Of a DNA stretch of 64,000 nucleotides, positions 37,722-45,862 are shown in pieces. Below the pieces are notes generated by a model, which searched no databases, was not told the DNA's origin, and saw only the letters and a program-made list of their open reading frames with translations. Source of the DNA: Fibrobacterales bacterium (lineage in GTDB: Bacteria > Fibrobacterota > Fibrobacteria > Fibrobacterales > JAOPTW01); the NCBI GenBank assembly GCA_051532055.1, contig JAOPTX010000003.1, positions 71,356-135,355 on the forward strand, given 5' to 3'. Every line of letters begins with the position of its first letter. The first letter of the stretch is position 1. Position numbers and translations under genes: made by a program.

Positions 37722-38469
37722 GGGCACCTTTAGACTCTAAAATGTTAATGGCTTCGAATGCGATATCAATAGTTTTAGATTCAGCTTCAAAAAATTTGAG
37801 ACTGCCAAAACCTAGTTCACCTGTGATAAGGTTATCACTTACTGCGAGTACTGCACCTGCTTTAAGACCTTTGACTTGTGCAACGGTAAGAAGTGCTGAC
37901 GTTACCATATCGACACCGATACATTTAAGGTCGCACATCTCTGCGATAAGCTCTTTGGTTTCTCTCAGAAGTGCATCGGTACTCCAAGTAAGACCCACAT
38001 GGTAGGTGACCCCAAGGTTTTCACAGGCCTCTACGAGTGCTGAAGTAGTCATGAGGTCAACTACTGTGGAGAAGTTGGCAGGAACATAGTAGGGTGAAGT
38101 ACCTTCACCACGAATCGCACCATTGGCAATGATGATATCACCAACAGCAATATCTTCACGCATTGCGCCACATGACCCTGTTCTGATTACTGTTTCTGTG
38201 CCACCGGCTGCAAGAATTTCTGTGGTGATTGCTGCGGGAGGAGCATACATGCCACTATTTGCAGTGCTCACCAACAGCTCACCAATCTCACCAGTGTGCA
38301 TCTCAACACCTGCAAAAGAGAAGTCTCTCACTGGGTCTGTTAATTTTGCTTTTACTGCATCAAGTCTATCAATGGGTCCTGGTACTACAGCGTACTTACC
38401 CAGCGATCCTGGTTGAAGTTGAACCATTTTTAAAAGGTCTTGTGCGTCCATGTGAACATTCTTACTCAT
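37678..38469 (-). CDS. Nucleoside phosphorylase (PNP/UDP family 1, uridine phosphorylase-like)
   Basis: VPGPIDR, IRTGSCG, AIRGEGTSPYY, STDALLRE, VDMVTSA, VSDN. Confidence 0.85.
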   Translation of the reverse strand: MSKNVHMDAQDLLKMVQLQPGSLGKYAVVPGPIDRLDAVKAKLTDPVRDFSFAGVEMHTGEIGELLVSTANSGMYAPPAAITTEILAAGGTETVIRTGSCGAMREDIAVGDIIIANGAIRGEGTSPYYVPANFSTVVDLMTTSALVEACENLGVTYHVGLTWSTDALLRETKELIAEMCDLKCIGVDMVTSALLTVAQVKGLKAGAVLAVSDNLITGELGFGSLKFFEAESKTIDIAFEAINILESKGAHGISTSGLVGATTA

Positions 38470-38699
38470 CTGTCCCTCTTGATTAATGTGGAATTGTTGT
38501 TTTCAATTATATATTTACAAACTTGTATTTACCCTAAAAGAGTACTAGTGAAATGTGAAGTAGTTTTAACATTTGATCCTGAATTGTTTCTCTAGCTTAT
38601 ATAAAACAGTCCTTAACGCTCAATTCCAGAATGAAATTGAAGCGGTATTCAGTATGATACTCAGTGCTTTTTATTTTTAAGAAGCAGTGGTGTGAAGAG

Positions 38700-38963
38700 T
38701 TACTGCGCTGACTTTTTTTCTGACTCTATATAATCATTCATGATCGTCAGCATTCCACCAAGAGTTGTAATTGATGAAACTGAAGAGAGCGGTACATTGA
38801 TTTTAAACGTTGTTTGTAGTCGTACCCCAAGAGTCATGATGCCGAGTGAGTCAATACCGATATCTTCATAGATATTGGTTTCTTCACTAATTTCATCAGA
38901 CTCCATACCAAGGTGATCACATATTACGGGTGAAAAATCTTTCCAAGAAATAGTACTCATCAT
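38700..38963 (-). CDS. Acyl/aryl carrier protein
   Basis: 87 aa acidic protein with phosphopantetheine motif DIGIDSL. Confidence 0.9.
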   Translation of the reverse strand: MMSTISWKDFSPVICDHLGMESDEISEETNIYEDIGIDSLGIMTLGVRLQTTFKINVPLSSVSSITTLGGMLTIMNDYIESEKKSAQ

Positions 38964-40546
38964 TACTCCTGTGTTACGCTCATCATGCGGGTTAACTCTT
39001 CTTTTGATTGATCGATCAGTTGTTGAAAATTCACTTTTCCTACACCTGGATTTTTGGGTATTTCATCAATAAAGATGATATTGTCGGGCACCATATACGG
39101 AGCGAGGTTTTCTCTACACACTCTCATGATAGCTCCTGTTTTTAATTCAGCCTGTGGGTCTTTAACGACATACGCCCATACCATTTCACCATAGAGTTCA
39201 TGGGGCACACCAACGACCGCTGTACTGAGTACTTCAGGTAAGGTTTCAATCATCTCTTTGATCACTACTGGGGAGACACTTTTGCCTCCACGTTTAATGA
39301 GGTATTTATTTCTACCGAGTAGGGCGATAGTGTTGTCGCCAATCATTTTCGCATGATCACCAGTCTTGAACCATCCATCACAAAAAGCGGTTTTGTTCTC
39401 ATCAATGTTGCCGAGATATTGTTTGATAACCCCTTTTCCTTTAATCCAGAGTTCACCTTCAATGCCATCTTCTACACTTGTACCATCAGCATTAAAAATG
39501 CCGATTTCATTTCCAGTACCATTTACCAAAGTAAGTTCATTAGTGGTATTAATAAAGTCAGCTTCACTCTTCGCTTTCCAAACCATGATGACTGTTGCAG
39601 TTTCAATGAGACCATAGCCAATGCCAACATGGTTGAGGTTTGTAAATTTCTCTTTAATTCTATTGAGGAGTTTATTGGGGAAGAAGTCCATGCCTGTATA
39701 AAGACCTTGTACTGTTGAAAGGTCAAATTGACCAAGCATAGGGAGTCCAAGGATTGCCTCATAATAGGCTGGTGGCGCTGCAATTGAGTCGGCCTTCCAT
39801 TTTTGAACCTGTTGAAGATAGGTGACCGGAGACATATCTGACGTTGAGATTTGTTTAACTCCTGCCATCATCATACCACTCAGTACCAATATCCCCGAAG
39901 TAGAGAGGGGGAAGGCGAGCATGCATGAGTAGTGATTGCCTTGTGGCATAGCCATTTCAAAAGACGATTTAAGGACCGATGCGCCACTGCCTTGTGACAT
40001 CATAACCATTTTAGGTTTGCCTGTCGTTCCAGAACTGGTTGCCATCATAAAAGGATGGTTTTCATCGGTACCTTTAAAAAGGTGCTCTTTTATAACAAGA
40101 GCACTGACTGCTTCGTCAGTATCACTTTTAAATGAACTTACTGGAACTACGGTAAATGGTGCTTGCAACTGTTGTGCTGTTTCGGTGAACGTTTCACACT
40201 CTTTATCTGAGGTTACGACATGACCAACGCGACAACCGAGATAGATGCCTACGCGTGCTTGTGCAGGAATCATGTTAAAGAGGGGGACCGCTATAGCTCC
40301 AAGTCGCGATATGGAGAGTAATAGGTAAAAGGTCTCAGCACAGTTGGGGAGGGTATACCCCACACCAGCACCTGGTTTAATACCAAGAGCAATGAGTTTT
40401 TTTGTGTAGCAATCAACATTTGTTTTAAGAGTATCAAGAGTGATAATCTCATCGTTTATGATCAGAAGTTCTGTACTCCCTTCTTTGGTGTACAATATGT
40501 TTTCTATTATGTCATTAAAGGTATTACATGAGAATATGTCACTCAT
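38963..40546 (-). CDS. Class I adenylate-forming enzyme (acyl-AMP/CoA/ACP ligase) 2
   Basis: TSSGTTGKPK, GYGLIE, WFKTGD, GRNKYLIKRGG, IPKNPGVGKV. Confidence 0.9.
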   Translation of the reverse strand: MSDIFSCNTFNDIIENILYTKEGSTELLIINDEIITLDTLKTNVDCYTKKLIALGIKPGAGVGYTLPNCAETFYLLLSISRLGAIAVPLFNMIPAQARVGIYLGCRVGHVVTSDKECETFTETAQQLQAPFTVVPVSSFKSDTDEAVSALVIKEHLFKGTDENHPFMMATSSGTTGKPKMVMMSQGSGASVLKSSFEMAMPQGNHYSCMLAFPLSTSGILVLSGMMMAGVKQISTSDMSPVTYLQQVQKWKADSIAAPPAYYEAILGLPMLGQFDLSTVQGLYTGMDFFPNKLLNRIKEKFTNLNHVGIGYGLIETATVIMVWKAKSEADFINTTNELTLVNGTGNEIGIFNADGTSVEDGIEGELWIKGKGVIKQYLGNIDENKTAFCDGWFKTGDHAKMIGDNTIALLGRNKYLIKRGGKSVSPVVIKEMIETLPEVLSTAVVGVPHELYGEMVWAYVVKDPQAELKTGAIMRVCRENLAPYMVPDNIIFIDEIPKNPGVGKVNFQQLIDQSKEELTRMMSVTQE

Positions 40547-42105
40547 ACGGTCTCCTTGTGTTCTCGTATTGATTTATATTGAATTTTTCCAATTTCTTTG
40601 GGGAGTTCAAGGGTAATAAGGAACTCATCCGGGATTTTGTAGCTTGAAAGATTACCACTGCAGTATCGGCGGAGTTTACCGCCATTTAACACGCACCCCG
40701 ATCTTGGTTGTACGTGGGCTTTTATCATTTCACCCAACAAGTCATGGGGTTCAACGGTTATTGCTACGGCAACAATATCATTGTGGGTTAATAGAAATGC
40801 CTCAATATCTTCGGGGAATATGAGGTTTGCACCTCTTTTGAGAACTCGTTTTTTACGTCCCAAGAATGCAACGCGGCCCGTTTCATCGTACTGACCTAAA
40901 TCACCTGTTCGAAACCAACGCATTGAATCATTTTCGTAAAGAGCTCTTTCAGTTTCTGCACTATTATTATGGTAGTTGTGTAAGATACCATCTGTATGAA
41001 TATGGATCATACCAATTTCGCCATGGGGGACGATTTTGTCGTTGTCGTCACAGAGTTTCACTTGAGTAAAAGGGGGTGTGCGATAGACGTTACAATCGAC
41101 GGCACTATCAACGTCGGAATCCCACACAAGCATAGTAGCGGTCTCTGTAGAACCAATAATGTTAACCACACGAATACCGAAGTCATCGACAAAACGGTGT
41201 GCGATTTTATTGGGGAGCACTTCTCCCGCAAAATAACAGAGGCGGAGACTCGAGATATCATAGCTCTCAAAATCGGGAACCGAAAGAAGTATTTTGGCAA
41301 GCGTACTGCTTAGTTGGAGAACCGTTACTCGGTTCTCTTGAATAGTTTTAAGCATGGTTACTGGGTCAAAGGAGCCCAAGTAGATTACTGATCCACCCAT
41401 CAAACTATTCTGAAGGCCCATACCAAAGCCACCGAGGTGAAAGAGAGGCATCCCCATGAGCATCACATCAATTGGGTTTAAATCGAGGTAGCGGGCCATA
41501 TCTGTCTGAGATGTATAAAAACCCTCTTTTGAAACCGTGATAATTTTGGGGTTACTTGTTGAACCAGAAGTACTTGCGAGCATTAAGGTATCACTGTGTA
41601 CCTGATTTGTGGTTATTGAAAGAGTTGTTTCGTTACTCAATATATCACTATACCAAAGAACCTTGTCGTTTTCTGGTAGTGTAATGTCGGCGTCTAAGAA
41701 CACCAATGTTTTAATATCAGTAAAGGTATCTGAGAGGGCTGTGAGGTTCGCAAGGTGATTGATGTTTCGAAACTTCACGCACGCTATAGCCAATTTGATA
41801 GAGAGTGTTTTTAAAAGCCCTTCGAGTTCCCACTTTCCAATTTGAGGATTGAGCGGCACGGGAAGTGCTTCTAATGTAATAAGAGCCCAGTAGGTTGTAT
41901 ACCACTCAATGCAGTTGGGGAGTATCAGCATGACTTGGTCGCCCGCTCCAACTCCTTGACGAGACAATGCCTCTGCAACACTCTGTATTTCGGAGTTCAG
42001 CTCTGCACGAGTGTGAGATCGACCGTCAACAGTAATAGCATCTCCTTGAGGATTTTCTGTACTGAGGGAATCTATCCATACATGAAAAGGGTTTGGGATA
42101 TTCAC
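40543..42105 (-). CDS. Class I adenylate-forming enzyme (acyl-AMP/CoA/ACP ligase) 1
   Basis: STSGSTSNPK, PLFHLGG, GSTE, WFRTGDLG, GRKKRVLKRGA, LPKEIGKI. Confidence 0.9.
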   Translation of the reverse strand: MNIPNPFHVWIDSLSTENPQGDAITVDGRSHTRAELNSEIQSVAEALSRQGVGAGDQVMLILPNCIEWYTTYWALITLEALPVPLNPQIGKWELEGLLKTLSIKLAIACVKFRNINHLANLTALSDTFTDIKTLVFLDADITLPENDKVLWYSDILSNETTLSITTNQVHSDTLMLASTSGSTSNPKIITVSKEGFYTSQTDMARYLDLNPIDVMLMGMPLFHLGGFGMGLQNSLMGGSVIYLGSFDPVTMLKTIQENRVTVLQLSSTLAKILLSVPDFESYDISSLRLCYFAGEVLPNKIAHRFVDDFGIRVVNIIGSTETATMLVWDSDVDSAVDCNVYRTPPFTQVKLCDDNDKIVPHGEIGMIHIHTDGILHNYHNNSAETERALYENDSMRWFRTGDLGQYDETGRVAFLGRKKRVLKRGANLIFPEDIEAFLLTHNDIVAVAITVEPHDLLGEMIKAHVQPRSGCVLNGGKLRRYCSGNLSSYKIPDEFLITLELPKEIGKIQYKSIREHKETV

Positions 42106-43265
42106 TCTGCTATTACTCCTTCAGCTACAGTCGATGTGATTGCTTGAGTTGCGATCCAATCTGCAAAGACATGTTTAATCCAGTGGAGTTGTTCGCCTAC
42201 AGGCATTGTGTGAGTTACCTGAATACCTTGATAGTAGACGGGTTCATCTTCAAGTATAAGAAGTTCTTTTGGACCGGTTGCTTTTTCATGGAGTTCGAGT
42301 GCATTGTCGATAGTCATCCAGTTGTCGTGTCTGCCATGAATGAGAAAATAAGGGCAGGCAACCTTTTCTTCACTGCCGAGTCCCATTTCAGCAACGAAAG
42401 TCTTTGCATCTACGCCACCTGTCTGAAAGTTGTAAGCAGGTCCTTGACGCATCCATGCAGGCGTTACACTTTCGTCGACTTGATCAATATAGAGGGGGAA
42501 GAGTGTTGCACACCATGCGAAGCGCTTATCGAGGCTTGCTGCTTTATACGCATAACCACCTCCCATACAGAGCCCTGATACGCCAATTCTTTCTGAATCG
42601 ATCATATCTAATGCACACGCATAGTCCATGGTGCTTTTAAATGTCTCTAGGATAGATACCATACGGCACTTAATGTCGCGATCAAAGAGTGCTTCTCCAC
42701 AACCAGGCATGTCAGGTACGAGCACTGCAATACCTCTTTTTAAGAGGGGCATTGCGAGAATATGCATCTCTTCTTTACAGCTACCGAGGCCTTCAAAGAG
42801 GATTGTGCAAGGAAAGGGACCTTCACCTTCAGGAAAATGGAGATATGCAGGGACAGAAGTCTCGCCAATAGATATATCAACCTTCTTTGATTCTGTCGTT
42901 AGGAAGGTGAGTGCTTTGTCATAATACCGTGCATACTGAAGATAGACATTCTTCTTATCTTCGATTTTAACAAAGTTAATAAGGAACACCGCATAGTAAC
43001 ACTGGGCCGTTTGAAGGTACATGTCATAGGCGGTAATGGTATCGCCACGAGTTTCAGCATTCTGTGCTATATTCAGATATCGCTCTGCTTTTGTCTCCCA
43101 TAGAGCGAGCCATTTTTTCTGTAATACATTGGAGTTGATGATGTTTGTGTTCTCTACCTCTTTGAGGATCGCTTCTATGTCGAATGGATTGGTACCATAT
43201 ATTAACATACGCGTAATAACAGGGGCTAAAAAGGTGCGGATACTCCATTCTACAGGTGCGGTCAT
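42102..43265 (-). CDS. Alpha/beta hydrolase (FrsA/DHPON-hydrolase-like) with Cys at the nucleophile elbow
   Basis: PAYLHFP, GLGSCKEE, DMPGCGE, RIGVSGLCMGGGYA, IHGRHD, THT; start at TAATG overlap 43265. Confidence 0.85.
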   Translation of the reverse strand: MTAPVEWSIRTFLAPVITRMLIYGTNPFDIEAILKEVENTNIINSNVLQKKWLALWETKAERYLNIAQNAETRGDTITAYDMYLQTAQCYYAVFLINFVKIEDKKNVYLQYARYYDKALTFLTTESKKVDISIGETSVPAYLHFPEGEGPFPCTILFEGLGSCKEEMHILAMPLLKRGIAVLVPDMPGCGEALFDRDIKCRMVSILETFKSTMDYACALDMIDSERIGVSGLCMGGGYAYKAASLDKRFAWCATLFPLYIDQVDESVTPAWMRQGPAYNFQTGGVDAKTFVAEMGLGSEEKVACPYFLIHGRHDNWMTIDNALELHEKATGPKELLILEDEPVYYQGIQVTHTMPVGEQLHWIKHVFADWIATQAITSTVAEGVIAE

Positions 43266-44362
43266 TAACGTCTCCTTTGGGGAATTGTACAATGCATTAC
43301 TGCAAGTAAGGGGGTAGACTTGTAGGCAATTGAGGTGTAGCTATCGGCTTCATGTGTAACACAGTTACATTCAAGTGCATCTGTTTCGGATTGTACCTGA
43401 TTTACTGAACACTCTTGTATAGTAAATCCACTCTCTATTAAGCGGTCGAGCCATTGTTGGGCAGTGTTGTGCCCTTCGCGGATATACTCAGTTTTATTTC
43501 CAATAATGTCGATGATTTCAAAAACAAAGATTTCCTTAATTGACAAGCGTACGGACTCAGTAAGATGTTTGAGGGTGTCGATATAGTCAAAAATTCCTTT
43601 GAAATGGGTGTAACAGTTCTTTATACGTTCAGGGTAAGGTATGGTGATATGATCGACATCGGGTTCGGCAATATAGAGCGATGCAGGGTTTAGAACGTTC
43701 ATGTGGGTAGTCATTTGCTCACGAATAATGGTGTCATTACTACAGTGATGGAGTGAGAGGAGCGCAGTGATAATAAGCGGTCCCGTAATACTTTCTTGAA
43801 TTTCATCCCACTCTTTGGCGTTAAGTTTATCAATTGAACTATTAAAGCTGAGGAGTGAAAGAGTGATGGTACACTGAGTGCAGAGATCTTGTAGAGATCG
43901 CTGCCCGAGACCCAAAAGCTGTTTCGATGGTTCACAAGCAATTATGGTGACTGAATGAAGCTTAGGATTATGAATATACAGTGCTGATATGATTTCTCGG
44001 AGCAATCCTCCAGTCTTAAAGCCTGTATCAAAAAGGGTTATTTCTTCTTCTTCACCATAGAGTGTGAGTATCGAATCTATGAGAGATTGTTTTACGAGTG
44101 AGAGGATAGGGAAGTGTTCTAGGAAGAGTGCAACGCACTGTGCTGTTGAGTAGGGGGATAAGTGAAGGTTTTGTTGGTCTTCTTTAGTAATTGGTTTGTT
44201 ATAGTGTAGTTTAATTGCGTAAGAAAAACATCGAGCGAGAATAGCATCATTAGAATTGTAGGATTGGAGGTCCTCACTTTGTAGAGAGAGGCTCAATGCA
44301 TCAGTATCGATAGGGGGCTCTGTCAACGTAAGGGTTTCTATGAGTTGCTTTATTGGGCTCAT
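43265..44362 (-). CDS. Bacterial GRAS-domain protein (Rossmann methyltransferase-like fold)
   Basis: ITLFDTGFKTG (VHIID-equivalent), VTIIACEP, LSLHH, LNPASLYIAEPDVDH, RIKNCYTHF..IFDYID, EIIDIIG, REGH....WLDRLIESGF. Confidence 0.75.
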   Translation of the reverse strand: MSPIKQLIETLTLTEPPIDTDALSLSLQSEDLQSYNSNDAILARCFSYAIKLHYNKPITKEDQQNLHLSPYSTAQCVALFLEHFPILSLVKQSLIDSILTLYGEEEEITLFDTGFKTGGLLREIISALYIHNPKLHSVTIIACEPSKQLLGLGQRSLQDLCTQCTITLSLLSFNSSIDKLNAKEWDEIQESITGPLIITALLSLHHCSNDTIIREQMTTHMNVLNPASLYIAEPDVDHITIPYPERIKNCYTHFKGIFDYIDTLKHLTESVRLSIKEIFVFEIIDIIGNKTEYIREGHNTAQQWLDRLIESGFTIQECSVNQVQSETDALECNCVTHEADSYTSIAYKSTPLLAVMHCTIPQRRR

Positions 44363-45600
44363 GGGGTGACTACCCCTGCAGTACATCGCTCTACGATCAT
44401 GGGCAGTTGTGTTAAAGCGTTTGAAACTGTCTCATCAGAGACACAGGTCGAGAGACGAATATATCGTTCAAATCGACTTCCGCCAAATACTGAACCCGGC
44501 ATATACACAAGTGCTGGGTTGCTACTAAAGGCGGCCTCTCGAAAGAGTGCCTCACTCTCAATAGCTTCAGGAAGCTTTGCCCATATATAGAAGGTCCCTT
44601 TGGGTGGAACTACGGTGAAACCGAGCTCTTGCAAGGTTACCGTAAGGGCATCAGTGTATTCGTTATAAAAATAGCAGCTGGTGTCATCCAGTAACCCGAT
44701 TTGAGAGATTACCTTTTGTTGTATTACCGAGGGGTGTACAACTCTACTTCTTATTCTGAGCCGTAGGGCTTCAAGGAGGGTAGAGCACTCAAGGTCACCT
44801 TCATAATGAGGGTTAACGGCAATATATCCAATCCGTTCTCCCGGGATTCTGAGTGATTTTGAGAATGAATCGACTCGTATTGTTTCACTCCAGAGGAGCA
44901 TCATTGAAGGAACCGTTACCGCTGATGGGATAACTCTATCATAGACAGCATCCTCAATGATACTTATTGAGGTACCAGTAGTGAGCTCCATCTCTTTAAG
45001 GAGTTGTGCTAAGTTTTCTAATGAGCTCTCGGAATAAATTGCACCTGTAGGATTGTTGGGAGAATTCAAGAGAATCGCTACACAATCTGCGGTCAATGCA
45101 TTTCGAATGCTGGTACTATTTAAGGAACAGTCATCATTAGTGCTGACTCGTATGACCGTTGCCCCTGCTTGTTCGATGATAGTATCATATTCGACAAAGT
45201 GAGGGGTCAGTACAATCACTTCTGGGGTCGTTTCTCTTTTGGTAGCTCGTTTATTGTCTACAATGGTACTGATGACTGCATCCAATGCGCCTGTAGCGCC
45301 GACAGTCATGATTACTTGTTCTTGAGTAAAGGGTATGGAAAACCGTTTTTGTAAATCCAGAGAGATTCTATCGCTCGCATCACCACTTCCAAAACCTGTT
45401 TGATACAGAAAGCTATTGTGATCAGTCTCGATCATTTGCTTTGTTGTCGCAAGCAATACCTCTCGATAGTATTGTGGTGGTTTTTCTGCGGGGTTTCCGA
45501 GAGATAGGTCAATTACCTTTCCTGGTGCGTTTTTCACCTGAGAAAAAAGGTCGTAAATTGTCTGGTTATTTTTAACCTGATCAAGTGCGCTTTTTATCAT
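44359..45600 (-). CDS. PLP-dependent aminotransferase class I/II
   Basis: DLSLGNP, GATGAL, LNSPNNPTG, EDAVYD, SFSKSLRIPGERIGY, PGSVFG, YIRLS; ATG at 45600 with AAGGA RBS. Confidence 0.9.
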   Translation of the reverse strand: MIKSALDQVKNNQTIYDLFSQVKNAPGKVIDLSLGNPAEKPPQYYREVLLATTKQMIETDHNSFLYQTGFGSGDASDRISLDLQKRFSIPFTQEQVIMTVGATGALDAVISTIVDNKRATKRETTPEVIVLTPHFVEYDTIIEQAGATVIRVSTNDDCSLNSTSIRNALTADCVAILLNSPNNPTGAIYSESSLENLAQLLKEMELTTGTSISIIEDAVYDRVIPSAVTVPSMMLLWSETIRVDSFSKSLRIPGERIGYIAVNPHYEGDLECSTLLEALRLRIRSRVVHPSVIQQKVISQIGLLDDTSCYFYNEYTDALTVTLQELGFTVVPPKGTFYIWAKLPEAIESEALFREAAFSSNPALVYMPGSVFGGSRFERYIRLSTCVSDETVSNALTQLPMIVERCTAGVVTP

Positions 45601-45862
45601 GTCCCAATTCCTTAAAGCTAACAAAAAGATAGTACAGGTTTGTAATTTGGGACTTATTTGTCATGATATTGGTGTAATGTATGTGTCTTATTTACAGTGC
45701 TACCTCAAATATTTCTTTTGATTAGTGATAACTATTTTGTGCTGATTAGTAAATGCAAGGGTTTCATAAGTTGACATGGCTTCATTTGTGATTTCAGTTC
45801 GTGCTGCACTGCGATTCGAGGGTTGATAAATTAATTGAAATGCGCTTGATATCCTTAATTAT

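Noticed and set aside
33676..38469. Ordinary methionine salvage (mtnP-mtnA-mtnB) operon
   Set aside because: No mtnC/mtnD/mtnW/mtnX; SCP2 fusion, half-MtnA, radical SAM and ALDH do not fit the canonical pathway
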